A stretch of 64,000 nt of DNA from Rhizophagus irregularis. Lineage: Eukaryota. The stretch is from the NCBI RefSeq assembly GCF_026210795.1, contig NC_089429.1:7750001-7814000 (forward strand), given 5' to 3'. A program made the translations under genes and the position numbers. How positions within the stretch are numbered: position 1 is the first letter of the stretch; each line of letters opens with the position of its first letter. Below the pieces are notes generated by a model. The model worked only from the letters and a program-made list of their open reading frames with translations, had not been told where the DNA came from and did no database searches. This document shows positions 13,553 to 28,649 of this stretch, one piece after another.

Positions 13553-15473
13553 ATGTCTCAAAAAGAAAAAAAAGGAAAACAATCGGCTCGTAATCCAGAA
13601 GACGAAGTTCAAAATAAAAGCAGCCGTATTATTAAGCGCCATCCCTCTCGATTATTAGGTATCAGTCAAGATGTCGCTACCTTAAGCACTACCTTAAGCA
13701 ATCATCCTGCCCGTTCAAAAATTCCAGTCATTCCGGATGTTGAGAGGATTCGATCAAACACTCGAACAACCCCAGGAACCCAAGAAGGTGCTGGTCGAGA
13801 TGTTGTCACCCCAAGCAATCGTTCAAAAATTCCAGTCACTTCAGATGTTGAGAGGATTCGACCAAACACTCGATCAAACACTCCAGGAAGTGTTGGTCGA
13901 AATACTTCCTCCTCTTCTTCGCTCTCAAGCCGATCAAGAATCGACAATATTAAGGAATTGCAAGCAAAAAAACCAACATTCGCTTGCCAAGCAACCTACT
14001 TAACATCTTCGAGAAGACTGACGTAGCACCTCCAGCGGAAGACCTACCTACAGGTCTACTTTTTGGTCGAATTATGAATGCTGTCAATTACTTACTAAAT
14101 ATATTTTGTTATTTTTAGGAAACGATGAAGAATTAAAACAGCAAATTTACGACCTACGAATACAAAATCATCAATTGGAGCGTCAAAATCGTAAATTCGC
14201 AAATCAAATCAAAACCTTAAAGGCGAATATAACGAGCCTGAAAGATGAAAACGAAATGCTAATGTCCATTAACGAGGCATTCGGTCAAGAAAATGAGCAG
14301 TTGAACGACGAAATCAAGCAGTTTCGGTCTTTCCGCATCCCTCGGTCATTACAATCGACGCAGTCATCATCTCAACCACGTTCGAGTGACGAAGATCTAG
14401 CCGATGGCGAGGATGAAAGTTCCTTTCATCCAGTTAAACGCAAACGCCATAAAGCCAAAGGAAAGAGGATAGCTCGTAATGACGACGGAGAAGAATGCGA
14501 TAATGAAGAAGCTCAGGTTTGTAATATTCATCAATTAACTTTAGTTAGTTGTATGTGTTGATCTTACCGAATTGTTTCTTCATTTATAACATTTATAACT
14601 AGACCGAAATGAAGTCGATTCTAAAGACTTTGCCGCCCGAACTTAATTTGAAGGTAGAAGAAACCTTCGCGAGTGAAGTCAATACAGAAATCAGACGAAA
14701 ATTGGTACCCGAACTTCTCAAGGCCATGAAGCCGAGATACAATCCTTCTTATGATCAATTGAAGAGTTGGCTACAAGCTTTACACAAACATAGAAGAAGC
14801 CGATATATGTATAGGCAAAAGGGAAAAATCGATAAAGATGACCGACGCTTACATTGCAACGGTCGCCATGGCGAAGTAAATGATAGCCGATTAATATTTC
14901 AACGTCTTGCATTTGTTTTAACTAATTGAAGTTTTCATTAAATATAGAAAAAAGCTCGTCGCATTAAAGGCGTGAAATCACTTTTCGAAAAAGGAGACGA
15001 ACGACTAGCAAAGTACAACAAATCGGAAATATATCGAATATTACAAGACAACGATTTTCATTCACCCGAATTGAGTGTAACCGATGATGAAAACCCAAGT
15101 CTCAAACATAACATCAATGTTTACGATTTGTCGTGGAGATCGGACGAGGTATATTATTTTATCGGTATTTGTAAGTTTGCATCCTCAATACTAACTAACA
15201 ATATCGATTTTTTTTTGTTAGTTGAGACACTTTTTACGAAATATACTCGATCCATATTCGCTATCTTTACAATCGGCGCAACTTACGAGACCTCGAAACT
15301 ATAACGATGCGATTTATGTTTACAGGCAACCGCCGCCTGCTAATGTTCCCGATTGGGCGTACGTCGAACAAAACACGGCGTACGAGACGGATTTCGACAA
15401 CCAAAACACTCCGTCAGACGGAGGTGCCCAGAATGCTCCATCTAATATATCTGATGTATCGAATCAAAAATGA
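13553..15473 (+). CDS. Second, intron-containing gene of the CACTA element (coiled-coil protein)
   Basis: Successive ORF pieces are joined by GT-AG introns (~14055-14118, 14517-14601, 14875-14947, 15149-15221); lies inside the CACTA termini. Confidence 0.6.
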
Positions 15474-18400
15474 CTCTCACATGAAGAAAGACGAATATTG
15501 ATCGATGTAAATGAAGAGCACCAAAGAGGTGAATCATCCACACACAGAGAAATCCGTGGTGCACTTTTACAGTCGATTCATGAGGAGCAAATGATTCAAA
15601 GAAAGGCTGCGGCTGAAAGCGGAGACGATTATGCCCCTTTAACAGACGAAGATTATGGCAGTGAAATGATAGAATAGTTCGTCTGTAATTCATGTAATTC
15701 ATAAGATTTTCAGTAGTAGTTCGGTAGTTGTACGGCGGAACATTTATTAATATTTATATATATTATATATTATATTTTACAATGTATTATCGAGTGAATT
15801 TAATAAATAAACAGTAAATAAACAGTAAATAAAGCTAAGTAATTCGTTTACCGAAATTTTATTAATTGTGATAATTCGTCATAGTCAAAACTTGTTTGTT
15901 TGAATAGTCGAATAATGTTCGATTGTATGACGAATTGTTTGGTCTGATTGATAGGTGAGTGGCAGCCGTTTTACACCAATCGTCATATAAGGAAATCGAT
16001 CAGCATTCGGCAATAATTCGGCAATAATTCGGCCTAAAACCGGACAGTCGAATTTTAGCTGAAGTGGACTTTTTCAACTAGTGATGTTTCACTAATTATA
16101 CTTTCAACATCAACGACATCCCTAACGAAGAACATCTCACTAATTTACATGTTGTTAATACTGATAATCAATATTTCATAGACTACCTGAAAATTGGTAC
16201 AATTAATATACAAGGAGGTTACAAATCAAAATTACCGGACTTAATCAACTATTTTGTCACTCATAATTTCAACATCCTAGGTATAACAGAAACACAATAT
16301 TGTTTTAAACACGAAACTAACAAATTAATTGATAGATTCCCCACCCAACTAACAAAAATTTAGCCATTTATATAATATTAGACGCTAATGGTGATAATAA
16401 AGGATCAGGAGTAGGGATCATGCTCACTAGCACTTTATACCAACATGTACATGAGATTAAATTCCACAAAGGACGCATCCTAAATATTAAATTAGGATTC
16501 AAACGAGACCACACATTGAACATCACGTGTCTATACTTACCGGCAGGCAGAGACAAACAAACCAACCCTGTCAAACACGATTGTAATCAATTTATTGATC
16601 AATTACTTAGATCACGTAACTGCTCAGATGATAATTACAAACATCACGACATAATCATGGGCGACTTTAATTGTTACCCTAAAGAAAAAACAAACCTAAA
16701 TTATCATATAATCCAAACAGCTAAACTAAAAGGTTTTAAAGACATGGCGAAATATCACGCCATCAACCATGTCCCAGAAGTAACAAGAATATCACATAGA
16801 ATAGATTATATACTTGGAAATAACAACATTTTGAATGGGTCAATCCACACATTCACACAACCAATACCACCTTCACACTTTAATAGCGATCATAAAGCGG
16901 TTATTACATTATTACAAAACGATTTATTTAAACCAACTAAATTATCCAACAATCACCACCGTAATGACATTAAAAACAAACCTAATTACTCCATGATGAA
17001 CGAAGAATTATGGGATGAATATGAAGCTCAATCAAAATTATATTTTAAATATCGTTTTCGATACATTGATATCGATAACATTACATCACAAGAAGACTTA
17101 GACCATGCTTGGAATATATTTGAACATAGTGTACAACATATAAAAAATTTAATAATTCCAACCAAAAAAGTCCATTCCAAAACTTTTAATCACTTATATC
17201 CGTTACACATACGACAACTTAATAATCATGTGATATCTATATATAAAATTAAACAATATCTCAACCTTAAACACATGTATATCAGAAATAAATTGGAAAA
17301 ACCGGAAGACAGTTCACTGCTTTTATCTTTAATTCCAGATGAGATCTGGAACGCTTATTTTAAAAATTGGAGAACCATTCGCGATCAAATCAATCAGATC
17401 GCTAAATCACATGATCATAACATAATTTTAAGACATTATATCACAAAAGAAATCTTTTATGCACAAAAAACTGAAATTTATAAATTATATAATCATTTAA
17501 AACAAAAAAGGGACGACCTATTATCACAATGGAAAATAGAAAGAATTGACCATTTCATCAATCAAAGAAATTTTGATTTATCTACTAACCAAACAAGAAT
17601 GATTAATTCCATATTACAGCGCAAACCTAGAAGAATCACCTTGGATCGGCTTATTTTTAAAGATGACAACAATCAAACTATATTTACTAACAATCCAAAA
17701 CTTATAGAAAAAGAAGCCATCAAACACTACCAAAACATAGGAAAACACGAAAATCCGTTAATTTATAACTCTTTTCATGATTTACCAATGCCGTAAAGCG
17801 ATATATACGATCCTATTAACAATTCCATCGACCATAATTGCTGGAATTTACTCCAACAAAAAATAGAGGTTATTGATGTTATAAATATCCTTAAAAATTC
17901 TCCTACAAACAAAGCCCCTAGTCCATCGCAAATTACCTATGAAGACTTGAAGCATCTCCATTCAGACGTGCTCGCACTTTTAACTCTTATTTTTAATACA
18001 TGTATTCACTTAGACACAATACCATCAAAATGGCGTGACGCTTTACTATTCCCTATACCGAAACCACATGACTGGGATAGCAATCTCTCTAACACTCGTC
18101 CAATCACGCTCTTGGAAACTCCTAGAAAACTGATGGTTTCAGTTTTTTCACGAAGATTAAATGAAACTTTAGCCAAATACAATATTTTACAGTTCAATAA
18201 TAGAGCTGGCGTCCTAGGTCAATCATGCTTAGAACCACTTTTTCAAATCCAACATTTAATCGAACATGCGAGAATATACAAAAACCCATTATGGATAGCA
18301 ATACAAGACCTATCAAAAGCTTATGATAGAGTAGATATAGCGCTTTTACGACTAGCGCTACAACGCATCAAAATTCCTGCGAAAATCATTACTTTTATCA

Positions 18401-21400
18401 TCAACTTATTTTCTAATAGATACAATTCTATCATTCTACCAAATGGTAATTTAGCACCATATAAGGTCTTACAAGGTATAGATCAAGGTGAAGTTATATC
18501 ACCACTACTATGGAATATCTATTACGACCCCCTTTTCAGTCACATCAACAAACAATCAAACCTAGCGTATAAATGTGACACTACAAAAATTAAAAATATA
18601 TACCAAAAACATTTAGATATTACTCATAGTTATGAGTTATCATTAGTAGGATACCTTGACGACACCACTTGGTTCAGTCCATCTTTAGAAAAACTTGAAT
18701 TGAAACTAGACATTGCACATTCATTTTATGACATGGCGAAGATCAAAGTGAATATCGACAAATATAAGATTTTAACGAATCAAAAATTAGCTAATAATAT
18801 CAAAAGCACTCAACTCACGATCAATGGACGACAAACGGATGTAGACATAGTCCCTAAATATAAGGGCACGAGAATTTTAGGTTTATACATCAATCCTTTA
18901 GATAAACACCACCAAACTTTAATCAAGGCACGTTCTATCATCATGGCTCACGTGATTACAATGAGAAATAAGAAAATCACACATTCACACGCCATATATA
19001 TCATTAACAGAGTTATATTCCCGAAGTTGGAATATCTCTTCCAACATACTATTTTAAATTACACACAGGCTCAAAAATTAGTGGCTCCACTTAAAAAATT
19101 GTTTAAAAAATTTTTTTCGTTACCGTTGAACACGGCGGACAATGTTATTTATAATAATATGTTTCCTCATATCGATAATTTATTGGATTTGTTAGTAAAA
19201 TCACAATCTAATTCGTTGTTGGCTTTATTCAATACTGACACCTTAAGACCGATAGCAATACAAAAATTGGATATATTAGCACAAGAACTATGGTACCCAG
19301 GTATACCTCAAAATATCAACAAATATATAGGAAAGATTTCGACACCTAGCTATTTATCACGAAGTCTAGCGTTGTTAGAACAATATCAAATTCACCTAGA
19401 CCTTACTGTCAGTTATGGTATCATCGGTGGACATACACCTATAGTAGATTACTTACCGGACTTATCGTCAAATGACTATAAATCGCTACGTAATAAACGA
19501 ATTATGTATCTGGATCAATTAGTCTCGCCCGATGGCAACTACCTTTTAACCTGGAATGAAGTTAAAAGACTAAACAACAACAACTTCAAAGGCCCTAAAC
19601 CAAAGTGGTTTAATCTTTTAGAAAATGATTTCACCCTAAGTAATTATCGTACATTAACATACCCGCTCACTGACAATTACTCCATTCCTACGTGTTTACA
19701 GAATGTTCCGGAACGTTCATTAGGTAGTCATAAAAAACATAATGAATGGACATACCATTGGAACGCTAGTATACAAAATTGTGTTATTGGAAAAACATAT
19801 TTACAAGATACTGATACACATAGCTCTATTAGCACCATGGAACATTATATCCCTATTAATAACTCTTTACTAGTGAATAATACCTCTTCTCAATCATTAT
19901 TATCATCACCTTTAATATTAATTCCTTGTACGGGTTGTCAATTAAACGATTATAGTTTAGTTTTGCAAGACGCCCGTATTAAATGTTCAATTTCTATTCG
20001 TACAAATCGTTTATCAGTTTTTATTATATTTCATTGTTCAAATCAAGAACATAAACAATATGCGAATCTTCATTTAAAAAAATACTTTGTTAGTACTAAA
20101 CCATTACATTTTATTAGACATAGTGCACATAGTATATATTTAGCATTAATACTATCACTCCTACTCCTACGTCCTTGTCCGCTAATTTACATTCATCCGT
20201 AAATGATGACACTGTTAATCAATTAATTCTACCTATTCAATCTGCACTTTTATGTACAGATTTTATCAAATTATCTTTAATAGATATAGTTAAAAAATTT
20301 TTACCTTTTACTAATTTTGAATTTTATTCAGATAGTTCCGTTTCCGATATAGGTACAATCAATAGTAGATCTGGTTTTGGTTGGTTACAAACCAATCCAC
20401 TAATACCTCAATTATCTTTCAATGGTTCATCTATATTTTTTCCTTCCTCATTTAAAAGTGAAAGTTTAGCTATTTTAACAATTTTATTAGTTTTACCTTT
20501 TTATGCTACCTGTCATATATATACAGATTCCCAAAATTGTATAGATATTTTTAATCAAAGATTAGCCTCACCCACTATTAGTCCACGTCGTAGGCTCAAA
20601 CAAAACAACTTTCTAATCTGGGATTTGATCAGTTGGTTAATCTCCCATCATCGCTTAACGGTACATCTCGTTAAAGTTAAAGGACATAGTAACGTCAAAG
20701 GCAATGATCAAGCTGATGCTTTGGCTAAAGCAGGCCGCCTATCGGATGACCCGATATTGATAAACCACGAATTCTTTCAGCAAAGCTCGTTGGCTCTATT
20801 CAATTACAACCATTTATATATAATCGATCATAATGTTCGGAAATGGGCTAATACGCCTATTCAGTCACGCATTTTCAACATGGCTGTGAATAATAGTTCA
20901 TTGTCTTCTATTAATCACCAAATTACACATGGAGATATAGATTGGGATTATACCAAACAGTGGATTAACTATAATTCTACGGACACACCTACATCATCAA
21001 AACTCCGAAATATTCAATCATCTAAAATCAAAAAGTCTACTTTCAATTACCCCACTGGAAACATACTACAGCGCAATTATCCAGATCTTTACCCCCTTGG
21101 ACGAATCAATTGCACCGAATGCTCCTTCGATGAAGATACTAATTCACATATAGGCTTATGCCCTGTTCATCGATGCGCTATTGATACACTTTTATCAAAA
21201 TTCAAACAACAATTAATTAACCTCATTAAGGCCGAACATACCAGCAGTTTCTCGTTCGATATAGAATGTAGAATCAATAATTCACTCATGTTCAAATTAC
21301 TTCCAGATGTTTTAGACTCCGCACGGCAAGCCGATTCTACTACCCCGGTCCGGATTCCGCGTGAACAACCGTGGATTCTCTTATTACATCACTTGATCCC

Positions 21401-21410
21401 TCGAGATCTC

Positions 21411-21609
21411 CACAGGTCGAAATGCTAAAATCGGCAAAAAAAATGGCGCGAAAAGCAGTGGCTATTCTTGGCTATTCTTGGCTATTCTTGGCTGTTTTTG
21501 GCTATTTACGAATTAACCTATACTATTTGTAAATAGTTTATACAAATTTGCGAATAGTTTATGCGATTTGCGCCATTTTTTTTGCCTATTTTTGGTCATT
21601 TGACGTGTG
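21411..21609. mobile_element. 199-bp CMC-type MITE inserted in LINE ORF2
   Basis: CACAGGTC...GACGTGTG imperfect TIRs; 3-bp TSD CTC; internal GGCTATTCTT tandem. The ORF2 frame is continuous once it is removed. Confidence 0.8.
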
Positions 21610-24029
21610 CTCGCAGTATTTTTTGATAATTATTTTAGCAAACAAAGTGAACGTTCACGATTTTTAATCGGATTTGTGCAAGAATTTATTTCTGAATTAA
21701 CTGCCATAACTTGGTCATCACGCTCCCGCTCATTTAAACAGTGGGAAAAAAGCCTCAATATCACACTTAAAAAGAAGAAAAACTACCGAAAGAATAAAAC
21801 ACCTTCCCGCCTGCAACCACCTTTATCAGCGGATGAAACGCCTCTTATAGTTCCGTCTAGACGCCGCCGCCAATATACTCGTTACTATCATAACAAAGTT
21901 CTTCCTTATTTTAAACAACTAGTCAACATCGACGTGTCCGCTTGTATAAGATGGACGACTTGTAATTTTTTACATAGTGGTACTTGGGAGTCGTATAGAG
22001 ATAGTCTCTTATTTAATTTAGATCAATTCTCATCTATTCAATCCTTCTTAGACTCACATAATCCACCTAGAACTTAGTCCTTAGTCAGTTCTTTGGTTTT
22101 TTGGGATCGGTGTCGTATTTGGGACCCACCCTTGTTTCGTTTTATATACCAGAGTGGCGCCGTCCTCGGGCGGTTTGATTATAGCTTAGTATTAGATAGC
22201 GTTTGACTTTTGTTTCATCTTTTGTTCTTGTCTATCTTTCTGTAATCTAGTTCACGTGGATTTTAAAAATAAAAATAAATTATATTTGATCACGTTTTCA
22301 ATATTTTGGGCAAACTTTTGGACTTAGATTTGGATTATATATGAATTCTCTTTTTGGTCTTATTATTTCTGCTACCGATATTGGAATGGTTTTGTTCTTA
22401 CTAACCTTTTGTAGTCGATGTCAGAGACGGGTTCTTCAAGTTGCGCTCTATCCTAAACCTTGCTTAGACCACCATCTCTGTAACAAGTGTGAACGTCTTT
22501 GATCGCTGAGAATAACCACAATATGAGAAATGAGGGCCAAAAGCTTGTAGCAGCTATTGTTTTTGTTTTTGTTTTTAATTTTATTTCCTTATTTGTAGTA
22601 GTGTTTTATGTTTTGTTTCCTTTATAATCCGGTCTTGGTTTCTTTTTTTTTTGTTTTTATGTGTTTGGTTTTTATTTTCCTCGAATTTTATCTTTATTCA
22701 ATTAGGTTTATTCTATGAGTATTTCTTTCCTTTTTAAATAGTTATCCTTTATAGTTTAACTTTTGTTTCACTCTCCTTATGAAATTTTATGTAAGGATTA
22801 ATGGCACGTTTAGATTTACCAGTTGTCCAATCCTGTTTAGCGTTCTTTATGAAGATTAGGTGGGAAGTAAATCTTACGTACAGTAGTGTTTACTTGGTTT
22901 GAAATATAGCTTTGGGAACGATGCTTTAGATTGTTTAGTTTATAGTCTTTAGTTTTACTTTAGTTTATTCTCTGAATTTTCTGTAGTAATACTGTTATGT
23001 TGCTCTTACTTTTGTATCGTACTGTTTTAATGTTTGTTAGTTAATATTGAAATTCACTATTTTAAATAAAGTTTGTGGTTATCATACCTAGTTTGCCTAT
23101 GATATATATCATATAGATATCATACAGATATCATACAGATATCAGACGAATAGATATAGGATAATGATTTCGTATTAATACTAGTAGATTTATAATTTAA
23201 TTCAGGCAAAAAAATTATAAAATGCAATCATAATTTATATTTTTTTTTAATTTTAATTCAAAACTTTATTACAATTTAAATTTATTTACACTTTTTAATT
23301 AAAAAAAACAATTATACTAATTATACTTAAATACTTAAATAAATATATATAATATATAACTTCTACTAAAAGTAGCATAAAAATAAAATCACTTGTTTGC
23401 TTATACCTATTTGATTATTTAAAAGAAGCATTAATGATAAATATATTAGTAAGAGAAAAGAGAATGTTATTAAAAAATATTAGTATAGATATATAAATAT
23501 AGAAAATATTAGTAGAAACATTAGCAGAAAGAAAAAGTTAATAGAATAAAAAATGTTAGTAGAAACTAGAAAGAGAATGTATATCAGTAGTAATATAATA
23601 TTAATAGAAAATATTAAATAGTATAAATGTTAATATAGTAGAAAAAAATAATAGAAAATATATTAGTAGGAGTATTAGTAAAAGGAAAGAAAGAAATGAA
23701 AAAAAATGGTAGAAAAACATTCATATAGGCTGATTTGTCTTTTGTTTTTTGTTTTTTTATTAGCGATAAATGTTAAAGATCAATACAAATGGGAAGTCTA
23801 ATGACTTATATATAGGAAGGCAGGCAATATGGTAAACTAAAACGAATACTATCCAACTAGTTTCTATATAAGTTCTATTTAATACCTACACTATAGTATT
23901 ATAATCCTCAATTTGGGAAAATGACCTATTTCCTTCGCCCTAAAAACCTGATTAAGATAAAATTAGTTTTTTATTTATCGCACCAAGTAAAATAAAATAA
24001 TAAATTTGTGAAATCTAAATTAATCTAAA

Positions 24030-25940
24030 CTAAATTAATTTACGCAAAACATCTATAATTTCCGCTAAGATCTTTGATCTCGATGCTTTACGGGACTTGT
24101 CTTTTTTATCCTTCTTGGATTTTTTATCAGATTTTGTCTCTTGTGGTTTCTTCTTAGAATTCTTCTTAGAATTCTGCTGTTTTTTCTGGGTCTGTTGACT
24201 TCCTGAAATTCTTTGGTTCTTGTTGGTATTATTACCTTGTGACCTTGTTGGTTGCTTTGGAGGTACGTGTCGATTCCAAGACAAGTTTACTTGTTCCCAA
24301 GTATATTGATTATCTAATGCTATTCACATATCAACCCACTTTTCAAAATAACCAATAAACTTACGATCCCCCTTAGCTGTTTGTATAATTTTAAAACTTT
24401 TCAAACCTTTTATGGCAGAAAGGAATGAATGTGGACAGCTATCCTTCCATAAAGCTGCTAATGTCATAGAATCTAGAATGTTTCTAATCGTAGCTTGGAA
24501 CTTCTCGCGTTGTTTTCTTTCTTTGAGAGTCCACTTAGCTGGAAACCACCATACAGGTATCTCCCCTAAATCTGTAATCCACACAGGGTTTTCATTAACT
24601 TTGAATTGAGCTAGACAGAAGGTACTCAATTTTATTGACAAACGAACTGTCTGGTATTTTCTTTGTTGTTTCATTTGCATACTAATAGTTTTTCCCATAG
24701 AGTTAATTGTTTTAGAATTTCCTCTGGTGTCCAGGATACCGGAATATCATATACTAAAATATCTCTGACTCGCAATGTATCCTTATTGGTTGGTATATGA
24801 CCTGTAATAGCTTGTTGAACTAAATGTTTATTTGACTTTTTCTTTTTATTCAAAGATTTTGTTGAATCCGTTATGATATTCTGTGATTAAGGAATTGCTT
24901 GCAGAAAGGCGTATTTTCAATCTGTTTCATAACTGGTGTATCTGTGACGATTTCCATTTTTGATGATTGATCAACATTTGGGCTGTTATCAAGATTAATT
25001 CCAGATTTGATCATCTTCATTGGATCTACAATTGGTTGGTCAATTGAGATCATCTGGGACCCCGGATATCTCCAAAACAGGTCATAAGTCACACTTTCGG
25101 CAGATTGGCCCATTTTTCAGGGCTCAAAAAATCGTTTTTTGTAAATATCTCGGCATCCAGTGGTCCAATTTTGATGAACTTTTTTTTAAATTGTAGAGCT
25201 AAATGAGGGCTACAAAATAAAAAAAAGTTCATTAAAATTGAATTACTGGATGCTAAGATATTTACAAAAAACGATTTTTTGAGTTTCAGCAAAAAGGGTG
25301 TTTTTGGCCAAAAGTCCATTATGACCTTTATATTAGATATCCGGGGTCCTGATCATCTCATCAGCGGCTTTCTCCATCAGTTCATTAATTGTTTGATCTA
25401 ATAGATCATCAGAATCACTCCCATATTGGTAAGTGAAATCTGAATCAGAATCATGGCGTTGGGCTTTTTTCTTTTTTTTCTTATCTTTTTTAGACCTGTG
25501 CTTTATTCCCGTCTTAGATTTTTCCTTTTCAGGAGATCGCTCCAAATAACGCTTTTTTGCTTTTTGGATCTCTTCTTCTATTTTTTGCTGTTTCAAATCC
25601 ATAGAAGTCACATGTTCTGCTATTGATGTTGCCAACATATTTCTTCTATCAGCCGTTAAACGCTTTGCTGCGGCATAACCCTCTACGGCAGAATATATAG
25701 CAGTGTGTAAAAAAAAAAGCAAAACTTTCTGGAGTCATTTGATAACGAGAGGCCCTTGGTCCCCAACTATTTATGTCTTCGTCTGTTAAACCAAAATTAT
25801 TCTGTAGTATATTACGTTGAACTTCTATATCTCTTCTGATAAAAAACTGAGCGGCAAGACCTTCACTAAAATTTAAGTAATTTATATATGTGGTTCGTAA
25901 AAAAATTTGTTGTTCTGTGCCTTCAATAAGTGGAAACTTA
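24030..25940 (-). pseudogene. Degenerate LINE ORF1-like gene remnant
   Basis: Fragments RDILVYDIPVSWTPEEILKQL, WFPAKWTLKERKQREKF and a basic tail; frameshifted and interrupted by a MITE. Confidence 0.55.
25056..25350. mobile_element. ~295-bp fold-back MITE (MULE- or hAT-like)
   Basis: TIR GGACCCCGGATATCT with long imperfect internal inverted arms; TSD GATCATCT at 25048-25055 and 25351-25358. Confidence 0.75.
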
Positions 25941-25950
25941 TTTTCAGCTA

Positions 25951-27602
25951 CAGTGCGGTACCTCTATAATAGATACCTCTTATATCTTGTGATCTAATGG
26001 TCAGAATTTTATAAAATTTTAAAATTAGATAGCTTTTAAAAAGATAAATACATTAAGCAAATAAAAAATTTTCTCAATTTTTTTTGCTGACATAATACAA
26101 AATCACATGACTTAAAATAAATTTGATTGGTTAATGCAATACTTAATGTTAAATAGAATTATGCATAATTTTTTATATATAATTTATAATTATTTAAAGT
26201 AATTTGATTAAGTATATTATCAGTAGAGCTCCGAACAGGTCAGCCAAATTCAGGTAACCTGACCTGACCTGACCTGAAATTCAGGTCAGGTATGAAGATT
26301 GACCTGACCTGATTGACCTGTTAACCTGAAACTATTGATTCTACTATATAATAAAAGTGAGTTGCAGTATTGCGATTCACTTTTTTATATTGATTTTATA
26401 TAATAAAAGTGAGTTGCGATTCACTTTTTTATATAGATTCTATATAAAAAAAGTGAGTTGCAGTATTGCAATTCACTTTTTTATATTGATTTTGTATAAA
26501 AAAAATGAGTTGCGGTATTGCGATTCACTTTTTTATATAGATTCTATATAAAAAAAGTGAGTTGCGGTATTGCGATTCACTTTTTTATATAGATTCTATA
26601 TGAAAAAAGTGAGTTGCGGTATTGCGATTCACTTTTCTATATTGATTTTATATAAAAAAAGTGAATCGCAATACCGCAACTCACTTTTTTCATATAGAAT
26701 CTATATAAAAAAGTGAATCGCAACTCACTTTTATTATATAAAATCAATATAAAAATGTTGAATCGCAATATTTTGAGAAAAAACGTTGCGAAAACGTTTT
26801 TTCATAATATTATATTAAAAAAATGTTTCATAATGTATTTTTTTGATATTTCAATAATAACGTTGCAAAAACATTTTTTTCATAATGTTATATTAAAAAA
26901 AACGTTTTGCAATATTTTTTTTCAATATTTTAATAAAAAACGTTGCAAAAACGTTTTTTTTCATAATATTATATTAAAAAAAAAAGTTTTGTACCATTTT
27001 TTTTCAATACTTTAATGAAAATTTTTCAGGTTTCAGGTCAGGTCAGGTCAAACAGACAACCTGATATAACCTGACCTGACCTGACCTGAAAAAAAATTTC
27101 AGGTCAGGTTTATCAATTAACCTGACCTGACCTGACCCATTCGGAGCTCTAATTATCAGGATCTTTTCTATGGGATTTATATTTTTTTAGCAAGTTTTCC
27201 TGTAATTTCTTTTTGAGAAATAGGCATAATATAATTTGTAATAAATAAAAACTACCGAAATTTTTTTCAAAATTTTTTTAACAAAGTATGGGTAAGTTTA
27301 TAAGCTAAAATGATTTGTTTGAATAAGCACTATCAAATGATTATTTTTTTTTTATATTACACAAAAATCACTTATTCTCAAATTTTTCCCATCATAATAA
27401 ATTACCTGAACTTCAAACTTATGTAATACTAGCAAAATTTATTATTTTTTAATCCAACCTGATAAGTTTAAAAGCTCTTGATATGCTTTATTAAAATTAT
27501 CGGTTAGAATTTTAAAATATTATTTTTTTGCTAATGTGACATTTTTTTGAAAATGTCACATTATAACTATAAAATTGGGTTGGTTATAGAGGTACTGCAC
27601 TG
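25951..27602. mobile_element. Tc1/mariner-pogo-type non-autonomous element
   Basis: TA|CAGTGCGGTACCTCTATAA ... TTATAGAGGTACTGCACTG|TA. Confidence 0.75.
26224..27151. mobile_element. hAT non-autonomous element
   Basis: TIR TAGAGCTCCGAA; 8-bp TSD ATTATCAG; subterminal ACCTG/CAGGT arrays; internal ~50-bp GTGAGTTGC...TTCAC repeats. Confidence 0.9.
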
Positions 27603-28649
27603 TATTTGTATATTTCGTTTATCTTCCATTTTTTTTAAAAACTAAGCAAAATAAAATTTTACTGCAGAATTGTTATGTATTTAAAATTTTTGGGAAAGAA
27701 AGCATCCATCCATCCATATCATATGGGCTGATTTGTCTACTTTGCATTAAAAAGAGTTATTGAATTAATTTTCACAATTTTCGTTACTCAAAATTGTTTT
27801 GTAATACCAAGAAATTATCTGATTGATGATCACTTGACTAAATAATAAGTTGAACAAAAATTTACATTTGCAAAACTTAAATTATTAAATGTAAAAAAGG
27901 TGTGAAAAAATCCATTTCACTAATAAAAAACCCATTTCTCATATATATGGAATTTTTAACATATATTATTAAAAAGTAAGTATATTTCAATAAAATATAA
28001 AGTAAAATAAAAATTTATATAGTCTTAGTAGCTATAAATGTTTATAAAAGTATAATAAAAATATCATATAAAAGATGGTATCATAATAGATATTTTCAAA
28101 CAATAAAAATAATTATTTTATGTCAAAATTTGTATTACCATCTTTAGACGCAAATATATCAAGATTCACTGATCCGTTTTCTATAATTTTAGGCTCGTTG
28201 GAAAGCCCTTGTTCTGGACTTTATAGGCGAAAAAAGAGCTTGCCGATTAAATCATTAGATCCAGAAATATTTACGTTTAAAGTTGAGGTATAAACTTTTT
28301 AACATGCTTAAATGCAAATATCTTGGGATCCACTGATCCATTTTTTATAAATTTAGGCTCTTCGGAAAACCCTTGATCTGGTCTATATGAGCGAAAAAAG
28401 AGCTTGCCGATTGGATCATTAGATCTGGAGATATTTACGTTTAAAGTTGAGATACAAATTTTTAATATACTGTATATAGTAAGTGCTAAGAATTATATTA
28501 AGAGAGAGATTGTCATTAAACCGGAGAAAATGATCGACATTCTATAATTAATTTTACGGGCTTTGTAATTAATAAAAAAAAATTTTTTGGAATTTCTTGT
28601 TCTTTACTATAAATTTTTTTCCAATAAGTGAAAAAAAACAGTATACAAT

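Larger units (their letters stand above)
9557..16083 (-). mobile_element. CACTA (CMC/EnSpm) DNA transposon, 6.5 kb
   Basis: Termini CACTGGT...ACTAGTG; 3-bp TSD ATG at 9554-9556 and 16084-16086; subterminal TTCGGC repeats; two divergent genes. Confidence 0.9.
9426..22077 (+). pseudogene. LINE ORF2: APE endonuclease, reverse transcriptase, RNase H and Zn finger; disrupted
   Basis: Starts at 9426 and resumes in frame at 16087 (LKIGTINIQG). APE motifs MGDFN, RIDYI, SDH; RT motifs QDLSKAYD, GIDQGEVISP, YLDD; RNase H KVKGHS...NDQAD; CTEC...H..LC. Stop at 17794, frameshifts near 16350 and 20150. Confidence 0.9.
6911..22277 (+). mobile_element. Full-length LINE (ORF1 plus APE-RT-RNaseH ORF2) interrupted by a CACTA element and a MITE
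   Basis: 18-bp TSD AATTATATTTGATCACGT at 6893-6910 and 22278-22295; A-rich tail; ORF1 and ORF2 both present. Confidence 0.9.
5391..23097 (+). mobile_element. Outer non-LTR-type (LINE-derived) insertion, ~1.5 kb net, split by nested elements
   Basis: ~17-bp TSD TATRATATATATCATAT at ~5374-5390 and ~23098-23114. T-rich 3' region ends AATAAA...TTTGCC, like the LINE ending at 45149. Confidence 0.55.

Noticed and set aside
26357..27015. F/K/I-rich ORFs, also at 4198, 31242, 57581 and 59381
   Set aside because: Chance ORFs in AT-rich MITE or intergenic DNA.
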